Part shown: positions 49,748 through 62,344 of the stretch, piece by piece
How the letters are laid out: each line of letters opens with the position of its first letter
How positions within the stretch are numbered: position 1 is the stretch's first letter
From: Octopus sinensis
Taxonomy: Eukaryota
Assembly: GCF_006345805.1 (NCBI RefSeq)
Contig: NC_042997.1
Location: 108,624,001-108,688,000 of the forward strand
DNA: 64,000 nt
Direction: 5' to 3'
The notes under the pieces: model-generated
Seen by the model: only the letters and a program-made list of their open reading frames with translations
Databases searched by the model: none
Told to the model about the DNA's origin: nothing
Position numbers and translations under genes: made by a program

Positions 49748-50730
49748 TTATTACCCCCGCCTTCACGAAGGCGGAGGTATTGGTTTCAGTTGTGTTTGTT
49801 TGTTTGTCTGTGGATAAGATATCTCAAGAACTGCTCGATGGATTTGGGTGCAACTTTCAAGGATGTTTGACGTCGTGATTGGCACGAACGGATTAGATTT
49901 TGGGATCGATATGGTATCGGGCAAGAATTCTGGGTTATTTGTTATATTTACTTTAAATGAAGTATTACGATCATACGTTGTCTTTCTCTGATTATCTCCC
50001 TTGAAAACGCGCTCATGGTTTCCACATAAGTTATGGCGTCGTTGCTGTTCCCAAAGTTTTATTTTCGTTTCTCTGTTATTAATTTTACTCGTGTCTCTAT
50101 CTTAGTAGAAACTGATGGATAAGGAAATCAAACTACATAAACAAACGGCAGCAAAACCGTTCATAAATTAAATAACACTAACATATCCAGTAACAATAAT
50201 AAACTTAATTTATCTTCGACAATTTTTAGTTTTACCAATTTTGAATATATCGTTCTTGTTTAAATCCTCTTATCTATTTGACAATTGCATTTCTAGCTCT
50301 ATCTTGAAGGAAGCTTTACTTCTTGGACTCACGTTTTTGTGCACAACGATATTGTTACACCTCCGTTAACAGCACCGTATGCAGGTCCTTTCTGTTTTCC
50401 TTCACGCACGGATAAGGTTTTCATTATAGACCTTAATGGCGGTGAGGACACTATATCAGTGGATAGACTAAAAAAGGCCTTCATAGAGAAAACTGTCCCT
50501 GTTCCCACTGCAGACGACACACATACAGCATTACAAACACAGCCCGCATACTCACCTTCACATTCCTTACTACCAATGGGATCGATCTGGTACCGGACAA
50601 GGATTCTGGATTATTTTCCCGTTGTTTTTACTTAATTTTTGAGAGCGGTTGCGTTCATTTTGCTAATCTTTGAGAGGACGTTGGTGTTGCCTTGGCGGAG
50701 GTTTGCGCTCTCTAAGTGCTCTTGTTCTTA
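49748..50730 (+). mobile_element. Helentron/HINE-like non-autonomous element(s)
   Basis: 5' TTATTACCCCCGCC-ttcacgaa-GGCGGAGGT hairpin, GTTT/GTCT microsatellite, 3' TTGGCGGAGGTTTGCGCTCTC. Organisation resembles DINE-1/HINE elements; family assignment not verified. Confidence 0.5.
50325..50520 (+). mobile_element. Ty3/Gypsy integrase C-terminal fragment
   Basis: THVFVHNDIVTPPLTAPYAGPF..SRTDKVFIIDLNGGEDTISVDRLKKA = GPY/F module. Confidence 0.8.
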
Positions 50731-50929
50731 TTAAAACAACATCTGTTACGTTTACTAGTGTGCGTAAATTTTATTCAAGCTAGAATTAAATAATGTCGCA
50801 CGAAGCAGCGTTGAATTAAATGGCAGAAAAAATGACCATCAGAATAAAACAAAAGTAACGTTCACTCGAGTACCAAATTAGAAGTTGGTGGTACCTTGTT
50901 ATATTACTGAAGTACCTTTGCAGCAGTTG

Positions 50930-51470
50930 GATTTCTGGATGCTGAAATTCATTCTCAAATCCAAGGAGCATGTAAGGCCTTTGGCAAGTAAGAAACTAGG
51001 GTTCGCTTAGATCATGGCATCACCATTCCAGTTAAAGGTTTTGTCTATGAGGGACTTGGGCCCTGACGACCCTTTGGTATTCGACTTAATCGCGAAGAAC
51101 CTATAATCAACACCTTTAGATATTTGAGTGATGCCACCAGGAGTACACCCAGTGGTAGACTCTAATGACAGGCACTGAGGTACTCCTTGGAGCTGACTGG
51201 TTCATTGTTAAATTATAGATCATCACCATTGGAGTTTAATGGGAATGTTTTGTCGACCAGCAATGAACCATTTCGAAACAAGTTTTTTAACGGCGGCAAA
51301 TGACTCCTCAAAAAGGATACAAGAACGGCATAAACCACAACCTAAAAAAACAAAAACTCGAGATAAACCTGAGTAACTGGAAAAATTGGCTGTAAATCAG
51401 AACAACTGTGACATTCTGTTATGAAAGACTAGAATATGTTTGAGAAGAGGCGTGACCCATGTAAAGACAT
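50930..51470 (+). mobile_element. Degenerate RTE LINE fragment
   Basis: LDAEIHSQIQGACKAFGK*ETRV..DHGITIPVKGFVY resembles RTE RT domain; later NWEKLAVNQ-like C-terminal remnant. Confidence 0.5.
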
Positions 51471-52041
51471 TGTTGTGAGTGTTGTTGCTGTGGTAGTCGT
51501 GGTAGCTGAATGTAGAAATAACTAACAACAACCGTGAGCGATTACCAAAAGATTTACTGATTGCGCATAGTGTTTCTGTGTTGGTCTTTTGACAAAAACT
51601 AACAGCAGTAATTACATACCAGAAGAGACATATTACTGGGATCTACGACAATTAACTGATATAACTATTTGTGGCTGGAAAATAATCGCGCTGTATTCGT
51701 AGCGGCGAAAATTCCTCTCCTTTCTGCCATAACAGCTGGACATGATGATGAGAATGGAAATGTCGAGCGGCTGCCTCAACATTCTGTCAAAAACCATTAC
51801 GGTCAATAAATACTTTTATATTGGCCTCAAAGAGAACGTTCTAGAAGGTCGAATCACGCGAGTGCTTGACATTGATCGGTCGGTTAATCGGCTGATAATG
51901 TGAAACTATTATGGCTTGGCCGTGATATTTATTTACTCGGCAACCAAGACATTCAGTTTTCGATCCGCTACAGCACCATTCCAAATCTTTCTGCTGTGTT
52001 ATACTCATCGATATGTTCTTCTACTTTGTTAATCCCATAAG

Positions 52042-52097
<56 letters not shown>

Positions 52098-52534
52098 CAA
52101 TGGATATTAATTTCTTGCAATGTAGCTTTCTGTATATGATGAATTTCCGTGGAAGAAACCATCTCGGAGAATCTGTATTCTCACTTGTCATGTTTTCTTG
52201 TAAAACTAAAGAATATCGGTAATATTATAGGGGTGGTGGTGGGGGATATGGCGGGATGGTTGGGTGGTAGTGGTGAGCCTAAATGGGAATTAGATTCTTT
52301 CCGTGTTTTTTCTTCTTTGTCTTTCTCTTAAAGACGCTGACAGTAAGAAATGAACTCATTTGCATCTATCTGTCTGTCTGTCCATTTTCTTTTGTATACA
52401 TATATATATATATAGATAGATGCGTGCACACACAAATGCAATTCGTATTTATGCATCTACATTTACACACACACCAGACACATATAGACACGTACAAGCA
52501 TATTCATATTCACACACACACACACACACATATA

Positions 52535-52582
<48 letters not shown>

Positions 52583-53164
52583 ACTTGTTTCACATATGTA
52601 ATATCGCAACAGATTTACTTTAAGACACGTTTCAATAAGATCCGATTTTTCAATTGCAGATGTTGTTTCCTTGGGCAAGAAACTCAACTCCTGCTTACCT
52701 AAAGCCGTATATCTATTTGAAGAATCGTTCTTCATTAATATGAAGATCTTTGAAATTGATCGCGGGTAGCAGCAATAATCTACTCGTTGAATATTGATAT
52801 AGATTTTCGTTTCACCGACGGCAACAAAATCACGAAAACTGATTGAAAATGGAGATGGAGTCGGCCGACAAACAAGTAAAAGAAGATCTTCAGGGGGATG
52901 CGAGGTGGAGGAAGGATTGGGTGGAGGGAGTATACGTGTGTGTGTGTGTGTGCACATGTTTGAACACATACGTGCATGTGGGTATGTTATCGATAACCAA
53001 TAATTGTGTGTTTGTCTATGCACACACACACACATACACACACAAACAAACATACAAATACATATATACATGTACGTATACACTCGCATATATATACGCA
53101 CATACATACAAATAATATCTGATTTTTTAAGTATTCCACGAATATATATACGTGTGTATGTGTG

Positions 53165-53217
<53 letters not shown>

Positions 53218-53372
53218 GTGTGTATGTATATATACACACAAACACGCATACACACATATATACACAAACTTGCAAACATACAAGTACACATCTTTAAAAC
53301 TATTTTCTTTCTCTCTATATGTATGTATACATCTATCTGTCTGTCTGCCTGTCTGCCTGTCTGTCTGCCTGT

Positions 53373-53399
53373 CTATCTAATTGTCTATCTATTTGTTTG

Positions 53400-53490
<91 letters not shown>
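53373..53490. repeat. (TATC)n microsatellite, 5' flank of L1/Tx1 element
   Basis: Direct reading. Confidence 0.95.
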
Positions 53491-55396
53491 CACTCTGCTT
53501 ATTGCAGACTTGAAAATTTTGGCCAAGGTGCTAGCCAAGAGGTTGGCGCTCGTCATCGAGAAACTGGTCGACAAGGCGCAAACATGCGCCGTGCCGGGCC
53601 GGACCACGTTCGGTCCGTCAGGGATGCCCCCTCTCGTCGCTTCTATACGTATTAACTCTCGAGCCATTATTGCGGAAGCTGGCAACTTTGAGGGACATCC
53701 CGCGAGAACTGGGATGCGGGACGAGCGTGTCTGCATACGCGGACGACGTCACCGTCATAGTGTCTAGCCACGAGCACATCGAGCAGGTCGGCGAGACACT
53801 GAAAAACTACGAAGCGGTGACAGGAGCGAAAATCAACCGGGAAAAGTCAGTGGGCTTGCGACTAGGCACCTGGAGAAGCAAGCCCATGCCGTCCACCAGC
53901 GCCTCCGTTGTGGGACGCTGGACCGACGGCCCGGTCGAGTTGCTCGGGGTCTGGTTTGGTCCGGACCTCCAAGTGGAGAAGAACTGGAACGAGATAACGA
54001 GTAGAGTGGTCACTCTCGCCCGGCAATGGGCTGAGAGGAAACTATCCCTAAAAGGTCGGGCGGAGGTGGCGAACACGTACATCGCGTCCGTCATCTGCTA
54101 CCGCCTGACCGTCGTGCCTTGTCCCGACCCTACCATCACCAAACTAGAACGCATTCTCTTTCGCCGTTTGTGAGGCACGCTTTCCCGCAGCTCGTCTCCA
54201 TGACCGAACTGCAGTCGTGGATCAAAAAGAGGCCGAGGAAGAGCGAATGGCACCGTGAGTGTCGCGTTGCTCTCAAGCAACTCTGCCGTCCTGGGTCGAC
54301 CTTGAGTGACTTCATCACAACCAAAGCATTCTATAGAGGATTAGTGGAGGGGAGGTACGACGACGAGCTCGGGGCGAACCTGGACGTCGACGAAGAGTAC
54401 CTGACCCGCCTGTTCGGGACGACTTTCGGGCCAGGGGCCATGGACAACTTCCAGAGATCCCTGGCCTGGCAGTGCTACCGAGAAGCGCTACCCGTTCGGG
54501 ATAAGCTCTACAGACACGGCTCGAGAAACACGGGGCCAACCTGCCCGAGATGCGGTCAGAGCGACGAAACCATTCTGCACGTACTCGTGCAGTGTCCAAC
54601 AATTTCCGACCTGTGGGCTTATGTCGAACAACTGCTGTCACGTGTGGGACGAGTCGGTTTATCAGCTGAGTCTATCGTCAATATTGTCACACCTCCTTCC
54701 TTCAAACGGGAAGGAAGAGCTATTTTCATCATCCTTGTGGCTTTAACGAAAGAATGTATCTGGTGGACGCGTCTGAAAGGATTGGAGACAAACACTTTCC
54801 TCTCTGGTCAATCTCTCATCAACTTCTTCAAGTACCACTTGAAAAGGAAAGTGAGAGTAGAGAGGCAAGTTTTGTCTAGCGAATGTTTTAAAAAAAGATG
54901 GGTGAATGTAGCAAGGATGGCACGTATGAATGACGAAGCCACCTTGATCACAATCCTATGAACCCAGAAATTGAAAACAGAGGGTTACCCACTTGCAAAC
55001 AAATGTGGTAACATATAATAATATTGACCAAGGTTACCGTGGTCTTTTTCGTAGGCTTTTCTTCCCACGGATAAACCTTACTTGCTTTCCCCTTTACACC
55101 ATATATCATAACACTGTGATACACGATCCCTATTGATCCTTTTTTTTTCTTCTTCCCCTTTTTCCCCCTTTTTTCTTCTTTTTTTTCATTTATCTTTTCT
55201 TTTGTTCCTTTTCCTTTTCTTCTTTTTTTAATTTTATTTTTTGTTCTTTTTTCCCTTTTCCGATCCCTTTTGATCGAAAACCTACGCCACCTTGTTTTGT
55301 TTCTTTTGTTTTTTTGTTTTTTCCATCCCCCAAAAGAAAAGCTCTACCTTGTAACTTGTCCCATCTGTGTGCAGCCCTGTGTGGCCAATAAAGAAA
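53491..55396 (+). mobile_element. 5'-truncated, internally deleted L1/Tx1-clade non-LTR retrotransposon
   Basis: DLKILAKVLAKRL..Q...VPGR, VRQGCPLS.LLY, SAYADDVTV, KINREKS, zinc finger CPRCGQSDETILHVLVQCP, stop at 54961, pyrimidine-rich 3' UTR, AATAAA 55387-55392; visibly more GC-rich than its flanks. Confidence 0.9.
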
Positions 55397-55724
<328 letters not shown>

Positions 55725-56239
55725 TCATCCGCATATATATATACATACATGGATACATACACATACATATACATGCATACGAATGTGTAATTCAAAATAT
55801 TCCATGAGATCCAAACCACAGAGTACCTCCATGCTTTTGCCGTTGTTTGCAGTGTGGAGAGTGTGTCGCATTAACAAACGTTACCATGGCAACCGTCGTT
55901 TCGACATCGAGATACATGGATGATCAAAATGAGATATGTCATCGCTGAGCCCTTTCTGAAAGTAATGTTTATGAAAACGTGTGTGTGTGAATGTGTGTGT
56001 TGTATGTATGTATGTATGTATGTATGTATGTATGTATGTATGTATGTATGTATGTATGTATGTATGTATGTATGTACATATGTACGTATGTACGTATGTA
56101 TGTATGTATGTATGTATGTATGTATGTATGTATGTATGTATGTATGTATGTATGTATGTATGTGTGTGTATGAATACAGTATAAATAGAATGAACAACGA
56201 AAAGACACAACTTAGGAAGAGCAAAATTTAACAAATAAC

Positions 56240-56700
56240 GTATCTGATTAGCACTTTGAAGTGAAGCGATCGTAACTTAACGCTTCGGATGTTCGCCCTT
56301 CATCAGATGAATGAATGAAGCATTGAAAAGTGGGAAAGAAAAATAGTGAATGAGAGAAGAAGAAAGCGGGAAAAGGGTTAAAACCAGGTGATAACTCTGT
56401 TCTATAATTGGAGGAGTTAAGAAGGGAGGAAGGAGCGGGTGTATACATGCGAAGTATAAGTGTGTACCTGAGTCTGGAAGCGGGTATAAAAGTGAGTTGT
56501 GTTTGTGCTATAGTGGGGTATGAGTGTGTGTGTTTGGATAGGGTTCGCATGTGCGGAAATAGAGTGACGTAGGTTGGTGGTTGTGTCGGGTGTTGGTGTG
56601 TTTAAGCGTTTGGGGAGCGGTAAGAGAGAGAGTGTAGGTGAGATGACAGCAAGTGCGAGGGTACAAATACATTGATGAAGCACAGGGGATGCTAAGAGGA
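56240..56700 (-). mobile_element. Probable Penelope-like element remnant with degenerate hammerhead core
   Basis: Minus strand CAT-CTGATGA-AGGGCGAACATCC-GAAGC-GTTAA-GTT-ACGA at 56268-56312, downstream of a decayed ORF-like tract. Confidence 0.4.
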
Positions 56701-57399
56701 ATGTGGAAGGTGTGATAGGTGCGTGTGTGGACGTGTATAATAAAATTACATATATTCCTTTGCTGCCCACAAGGGGCTAAACATAGAGGAGACAAACAAA
56801 GACAGACAAACGGATTTAATCGATTATATCGACCCCAGTGCGAAACTGGTACTTTATTTATCGACCCCGAAAGGATGAAAGTCAAAGTCGACCTCGGCGG
56901 AATTTGAACATGGCAAATTAAAAGCCTAATCATAAAAGCTTCCAGTGGAAATTATGACGAAAAAAAGTCGGGGGAAGAATTTTCTTATTTCTTTATTGTT
57001 CACAAGGGGCTAAACATAGAGGGGACAAATAAGGACAGCCAAAGGGATTAAGTCGATTACAACGACCCCAGTGCGTAACTGGTATTTAATTTATCGACCC
57101 CGAAAGGATGAAAGTCAAAGTCGACCTCGGCGGAATTTGAACTCAGAACGTAACGACAGACGAAATACCGCTAAGCATTTCGCCCGGCGCGCTAACGTTT
57201 CTGCCAGCTCAGAATAAAATTACATAAGAATATGAAACATGCAAACGAGGAAGAAGGCTTAAACTAAAATATGAAAAAGAGAGTGAGAATATATGAGTTC
57301 TGGGAAAAAAAAAAGAAGAAAAACTTAAAGTTTAAAAAATTGCAAAGCACTGGTGAAAGGTCCGAAGAGTTTAATGGAATGACGACGAAACCAGCATCA

Positions 57400-57720
57400 A
57401 GATCAGGATCGATGATAGACTGTGGAACCTGCAGAAGCTACAGGCCAAGTCCAAAGTGGAAGAGAACTTGGTGAAGGACTTCTTGTTCGCAGATGACTGT
57501 GCACTCAACGCCGCCAAAGAGGCTCAGAAGCAGAAGAGCATGAACTGTTTTTCCACTGCCCGCAACAACCTTGGCCGGTCATGTGCCGGCCTGCCCCACC
57601 CAAAAGCCGTATGTGGAACCAACAATCACTGTCGAAGGGGAAACCCTGAGGGTTGTTGATAAGTTCACACTCCTCGGCACCAAACTCTCCAGATCAGTGA
57701 ACATTGACGATTAAGTCGAC
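57400..57720 (+). mobile_element. RTE/BovB-like RT fragment
   Basis: WNLQKLQAKSKVEENLVKDFLFADDCALNAAKEAQKQKSMNCFSTA (FADD motif). Confidence 0.8.
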
Positions 57721-58606
57721 CCACACACATAAAACTATGGAGAATAGCTTGTAAATATTGTGTCAAATTTGTGTTATCGTTTAAAATATTTAGAATAATA
57801 AACAGAATATTTGCTGACGGGAGATTCAATTTTAAGAGCAGAGAGATTTTAATACACAATTAATTTTGATCGGGACTTCTAGTTTCGCTTGATGGCTTAT
57901 TCAACCAGTGATAAAGAATTTTCCGTCTTGTGTTTCTATGAAATAAAATGGGAAGCTTTATTATTAGGAAGCAGTTCTTGAACTGTAACTGTGGTTTAAA
58001 TTCTAAATAAAAAAGAATCTCTTAGTTTATTAGGGAACGAAAGTCTGGTAAGTCGAAAGGTCAGATAAATAAAGGTGAATTTTGGTAAAGGAATGGTGAC
58101 TAGAGAGGCAATGATGTGGAAGAATTTGCAAATAAGTTAAAAAAATAAGGTAATGGAAGATGAAGGAACAGTTAAGTAGGTAACAAGATTGCATGCTTTT
58201 ATTTCTGTAAAAAAAGCTGGGAATGGATACTTGTATTTCATGTGACGTATGTATTTCTTTGTGTGTGGGAGTGGATGTGCTTGCTTTTATGTGTGTGCGT
58301 GATAAAATAATAATTTCAAATTTTCGCACAAGGCCAGCAATTTCGGGAGAGGAGGATAAGTCAATTACGTCGATCCCCAGCACTCAACTGGTATTTTTTT
58401 TATCAACTCTGATGGAATGAAAGGCAAAGTCGAACTCGGCGGGATTTGAATTCAGAACGTAGCGGCAGACAAACTGCCCGGCGTGCTAACGATTCGGCCA
58501 GCTCACCATTATAATCTAGAAGTATATTAACATGGCAAATTAAAAGCCTAATTATAAAAGGTTCCAGTGGAAATTATGACGAAAAAAAGTCGGGGGAAGA
58601 ATTTTC

Positions 58607-59021
58607 TTATTTCTTTATTGCTCACAAGGGGCTAAACATAGAGGGGACAAATAAGGACACACAAAGGGATTAAGTCGATTACAACGACCCCAGTGCGTAA
58701 CTGGTATTTAATTTATCGACCCCGAAAGGATGAAAGGCAAAGTCGACCTCGGCGGAATTTGAACTCAGAACGTAAAGACAGACGAAATACCTATTTCTTT
58801 ACTACCCACAAAGGGTTAAACACAGAGAGGACAAACAAGGACAGACAAACGGATTAAGTCGATTATATCTACCCCAGTGCGTAACTGGTACTTTTTAATC
58901 GACCCCGAAAGGATGAAAGGCAAAGTCGACCTCGGCGGAATTTGAATTCAGAACGTAACGGCAGACGACATACGGCTGCGCATTTCGCCCGGCGTGCTAA
59001 CGTTTCTGCCAGCTCGCCGCC
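58607..59021 (-). mobile_element. Family C SINE dimer
   Basis: Full unit 58792-59021 plus headless unit 58607-58791; same junction as at 47540/47541. Confidence 0.85.
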
Positions 59022-59053
59022 TTACAATATGAATATATTAATGTGCATGCGTT

Positions 59054-59107
<54 letters not shown>

Positions 59108-60074
59108 TGTGTGTGTTTATGTGTGTGTGTGTATTTATGTGTGTGTGTGAATGTAGGTATAATTCTATAAAGTTATTTATTTAAACTGACTTTTAAAGGA
59201 TGTTATGGTGAAGTAAAACGTGATTGAATATATATAAGTTGAAAGTTTCCCGAAAGTAATTTTGTTCTATCTGCTGTATACTTCTAATTCTTAATTGCCT
59301 TTGGCTGATGTATATCTCTCAATACACGAAATGTAATGCAATTTAAAAAATAAACTATAAACATCCATATCAAATCTTAATTTCAGCATCTCCATTTAAA
59401 ATTAGCCGCAAAACACGAGGAGAGGAGAGTCGTAAGTTTATTATTCATACATACCCGTCTAGCTAAGTGCGCTGTATATTATTTCTGTTTAATAATGTCT
59501 ATTAGTATAGAAGCAATATATTTTGTATCGATCTATAATTAATAATCAAGATGGTATGTTGGCATTTGAAATAATGTTATTGAAATACACCTGCCAGTCT
59601 AAGTATGGTTAAATTGGAAAACATCTATGTACATAACAACATAACACCGTACACAATGCAATCATACTCATAGTTCAGACACACACAAACACATATATGT
59701 ATTTATACATTCATACATCCACACACACACACACACGCACGCATATTTACACATATTGCATATAAAAAAACACATATACATACATATACATAATTATACA
59801 TATACTAACAAATCCATAAATATATTTACACACAAACGCAGATACATACGTACAAACGAAAATACACATTCACACACACGCACACACAGAGGCACACTCA
59901 CACACATATATACATACGTACACATTCAGATACGCACTCGAATAGAAACATAAGAGTAAAATGTATACACACATTTGTATGTATTCATTTACATAGCATC
60001 ATCTATATAATAGATACGGTACAAATTTCTTATTACTACAACTATCACAATCTCTATTATTATTATTATTACTT

Positions 60075-61027
60075 TTTTTTTTCTTCTTTCAAATTTTCTT
60101 CCATTTCTTGCCGAGTGTCTTCCGGACTCCTAGGGCAAAGAAACTCATAGTGTATATTGGTAGGCCATTAAACCAAACTCAGTAGTTCGTTCATTTTTTT
60201 TTTTTTTTAAAGTTAAATTAAAATGCATGAGCAGCAACAGTTCTCACATCGACAATGCTCTTCTCAATACGTGTGATGTACCAGTTAAGACAATCTTTTG
60301 CACTTCTTGCAGGGATGGTAAGCCAGGGATCATTCTCATATAATTTTCGGTTCCCTTCTTGATCATTCCTAGTGCTCCTACGATCACTGGTATTGTAACC
60401 GCCTTGAGATGCCACATTTTCTCAATTTCAATGAGTAGGTCTTTATATTTTCTGAGCTTGTCAAACTCTTTCGCTGAGATATTATGATCACAGGGGATGC
60501 TCATGTCGATCAATAAGCAAACTTTATTGTTTTGGTCTTTCACAACAATATCTGGTTTATTGGCCTTGATGGTTCGGTCTGTATGTACTGGAAAGTCCCA
60601 CAGAATCGTTACATTTTCTCCTTCAGTTACAGCCTCAGGGTGGTGATTATACCACTTGTCGGCAGTTTTGATATTGTAATGCCGACTTATTAGCCAGTGG
60701 AGATATTGGCCAACTCTGTCATGTCTTAATTTATACTCCACTGGTGCTAAGACTTTACATCCAGAGATTAGGTGGTCCACTGTTTCAATCATGTCGTTGC
60801 AGAATCGGCATTTTGGGTCTGCTCCATTTTTCATCACATTGGCCTGGTAGTTCCGGGTTAATAGGCTTTGATCTTGAGCAGCCAGGATGAAACCTTCGCT
60901 CTCTGCTTTTAGCCCTGAGCTCCGCAGCCACTGATGGGTTTGCTTCTGGTCAACATCAGCTTGTTTGCTGCGGGTCACATATTTGCCGTGCAGAGGTTTC
61001 TCCTCCCACCTATCAGCCAATTGCTCG

Positions 61028-61029
<2 letters not shown>
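60075..61029 (-). mobile_element. R4/Dong-clade non-LTR retrotransposon, young 5'-truncated copy
   Basis: Uninterrupted 258-aa ORF with CCHC knuckle CRFC...HLISGC, RHD, ILWDF, restriction-like endonuclease KPDIVVKD...LLID, KLRKY, IPVIVGALG; (TAA)n at both ends. Confidence 0.9.
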
Positions 61030-61124
<95 letters not shown>

Positions 61125-61137
61125 GTTATTATTATTA
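61030..61137. repeat. (TAA)n microsatellite
   Basis: Direct reading. Confidence 0.95.
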
Positions 61138-62340
61138 CGCTAGTAGATGCTAATTTAGTTTGCAGATATATTGTCTTGAGGTTTAGTAACAACACGTCTC
61201 CTCAAATCTCAAAACTGTTTCATAGTGTTCTTGCAGATGGTGCTTTTCTGCAGGTCGGCAATGCAAGTTTCAATTCCAGTCTCTTCCAGTCTTTTAGTTA
61301 CCAATTATTTAGTATCAATTATTTCAGGAATAATTGTTGTCTCGGTCTTTCACGGTCTCTTCAGTACTCTGGATCGATCCTGATATTTCCCAACTTTTTC
61401 GACTTTTTTTTGTATCGACTTTGCTCGAATCTATGACATCGTACTGTTTAATTTGTTCTCTACGATCCCGTCAGCTATCCTTGCCTCAATGGTATGGCCA
61501 GTCTTGATGGTAAAGAACCACAAGATCTTGTAATTCTCATTTTCTATCACAGCCTCCAGTTCGTGTTCATACCACTTTTGTGTTGTTTTGTAGCCACATA
61601 TTTGTCTAAAATCCCAACGCACTCTTTTGCCTACACAATCATATCTGCAATTATAGTCTTTTTCTGCTAGTATATTATATTCATTCAAAATGTGACGCAT
61701 ACTCTCGTTTCCTTTTCTGCAGATTCTGCATTTGCTGTTTGAGTTTCGTCGAGGGCTTGTTCTTGAGCGGTTGTAATTAGCGTTTTTGCTTCTCATTTTC
61801 AAGTTCTCATCCGTCAACCAAAGCCAACGGGATTTACTTTCAACATTTTCGGTTGCTGCATAAATTGGCCGTGTAGTTCCATTTGTTCATTCTGTAACTC
61901 TTGCCTTTCTTCTCTTTGTATTCTCCTACTGTTTCACTCATTTTTTCGGTATCTCTGGCAGCTGAAAGTATTCTTTCATAATTTTTCTACCCCAGTATCG
62001 TAGTACCAACTGTGCCTTCTGTGTTTAGTTATCCTCTACAAATTTTCCCTTCTTGGCTGACAGAATCAGTTGGTATTACTGTCAGGATGGCGTGCATTGT
62101 GCATTATTAGCAGCTTTCTGGTTCTTCTAAGTTTTGCATCTGAAGCTTTGTCCACTTCAGAAAGGAGGAAGATTATCTTAATACTGGCTCTGCCCATGCA
62201 TTTATGGCTTTAATGATGTTCATTTCATTTAATTTCATTTCGAGTACCTTCCTAATTCTCCACTTGTACACTTTAGTGATTTTCTCTCATTTACCTTTCC
62301 ATTATTTTATCTTACAGTACTCCAAGGTGTTTGTATCCAT
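61138..62340 (-). mobile_element. Older, decayed R4/Dong-like copy (different subfamily)
   Basis: KCRICRKGNESMRHIL...RYDCVGKRVRWD...KWYEHELEAVIENENYKILW; many stops and frameshifts. Confidence 0.75.
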
Positions 62341-62344
62341 TCTT

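Noticed and set aside
51736-51803. Possible plus-strand exon (GHDDENGNVERLPQHSVKNHY)
   Set aside because: Good acceptor but weak donor (gtcaat), no partner exons and no recognisable homology.
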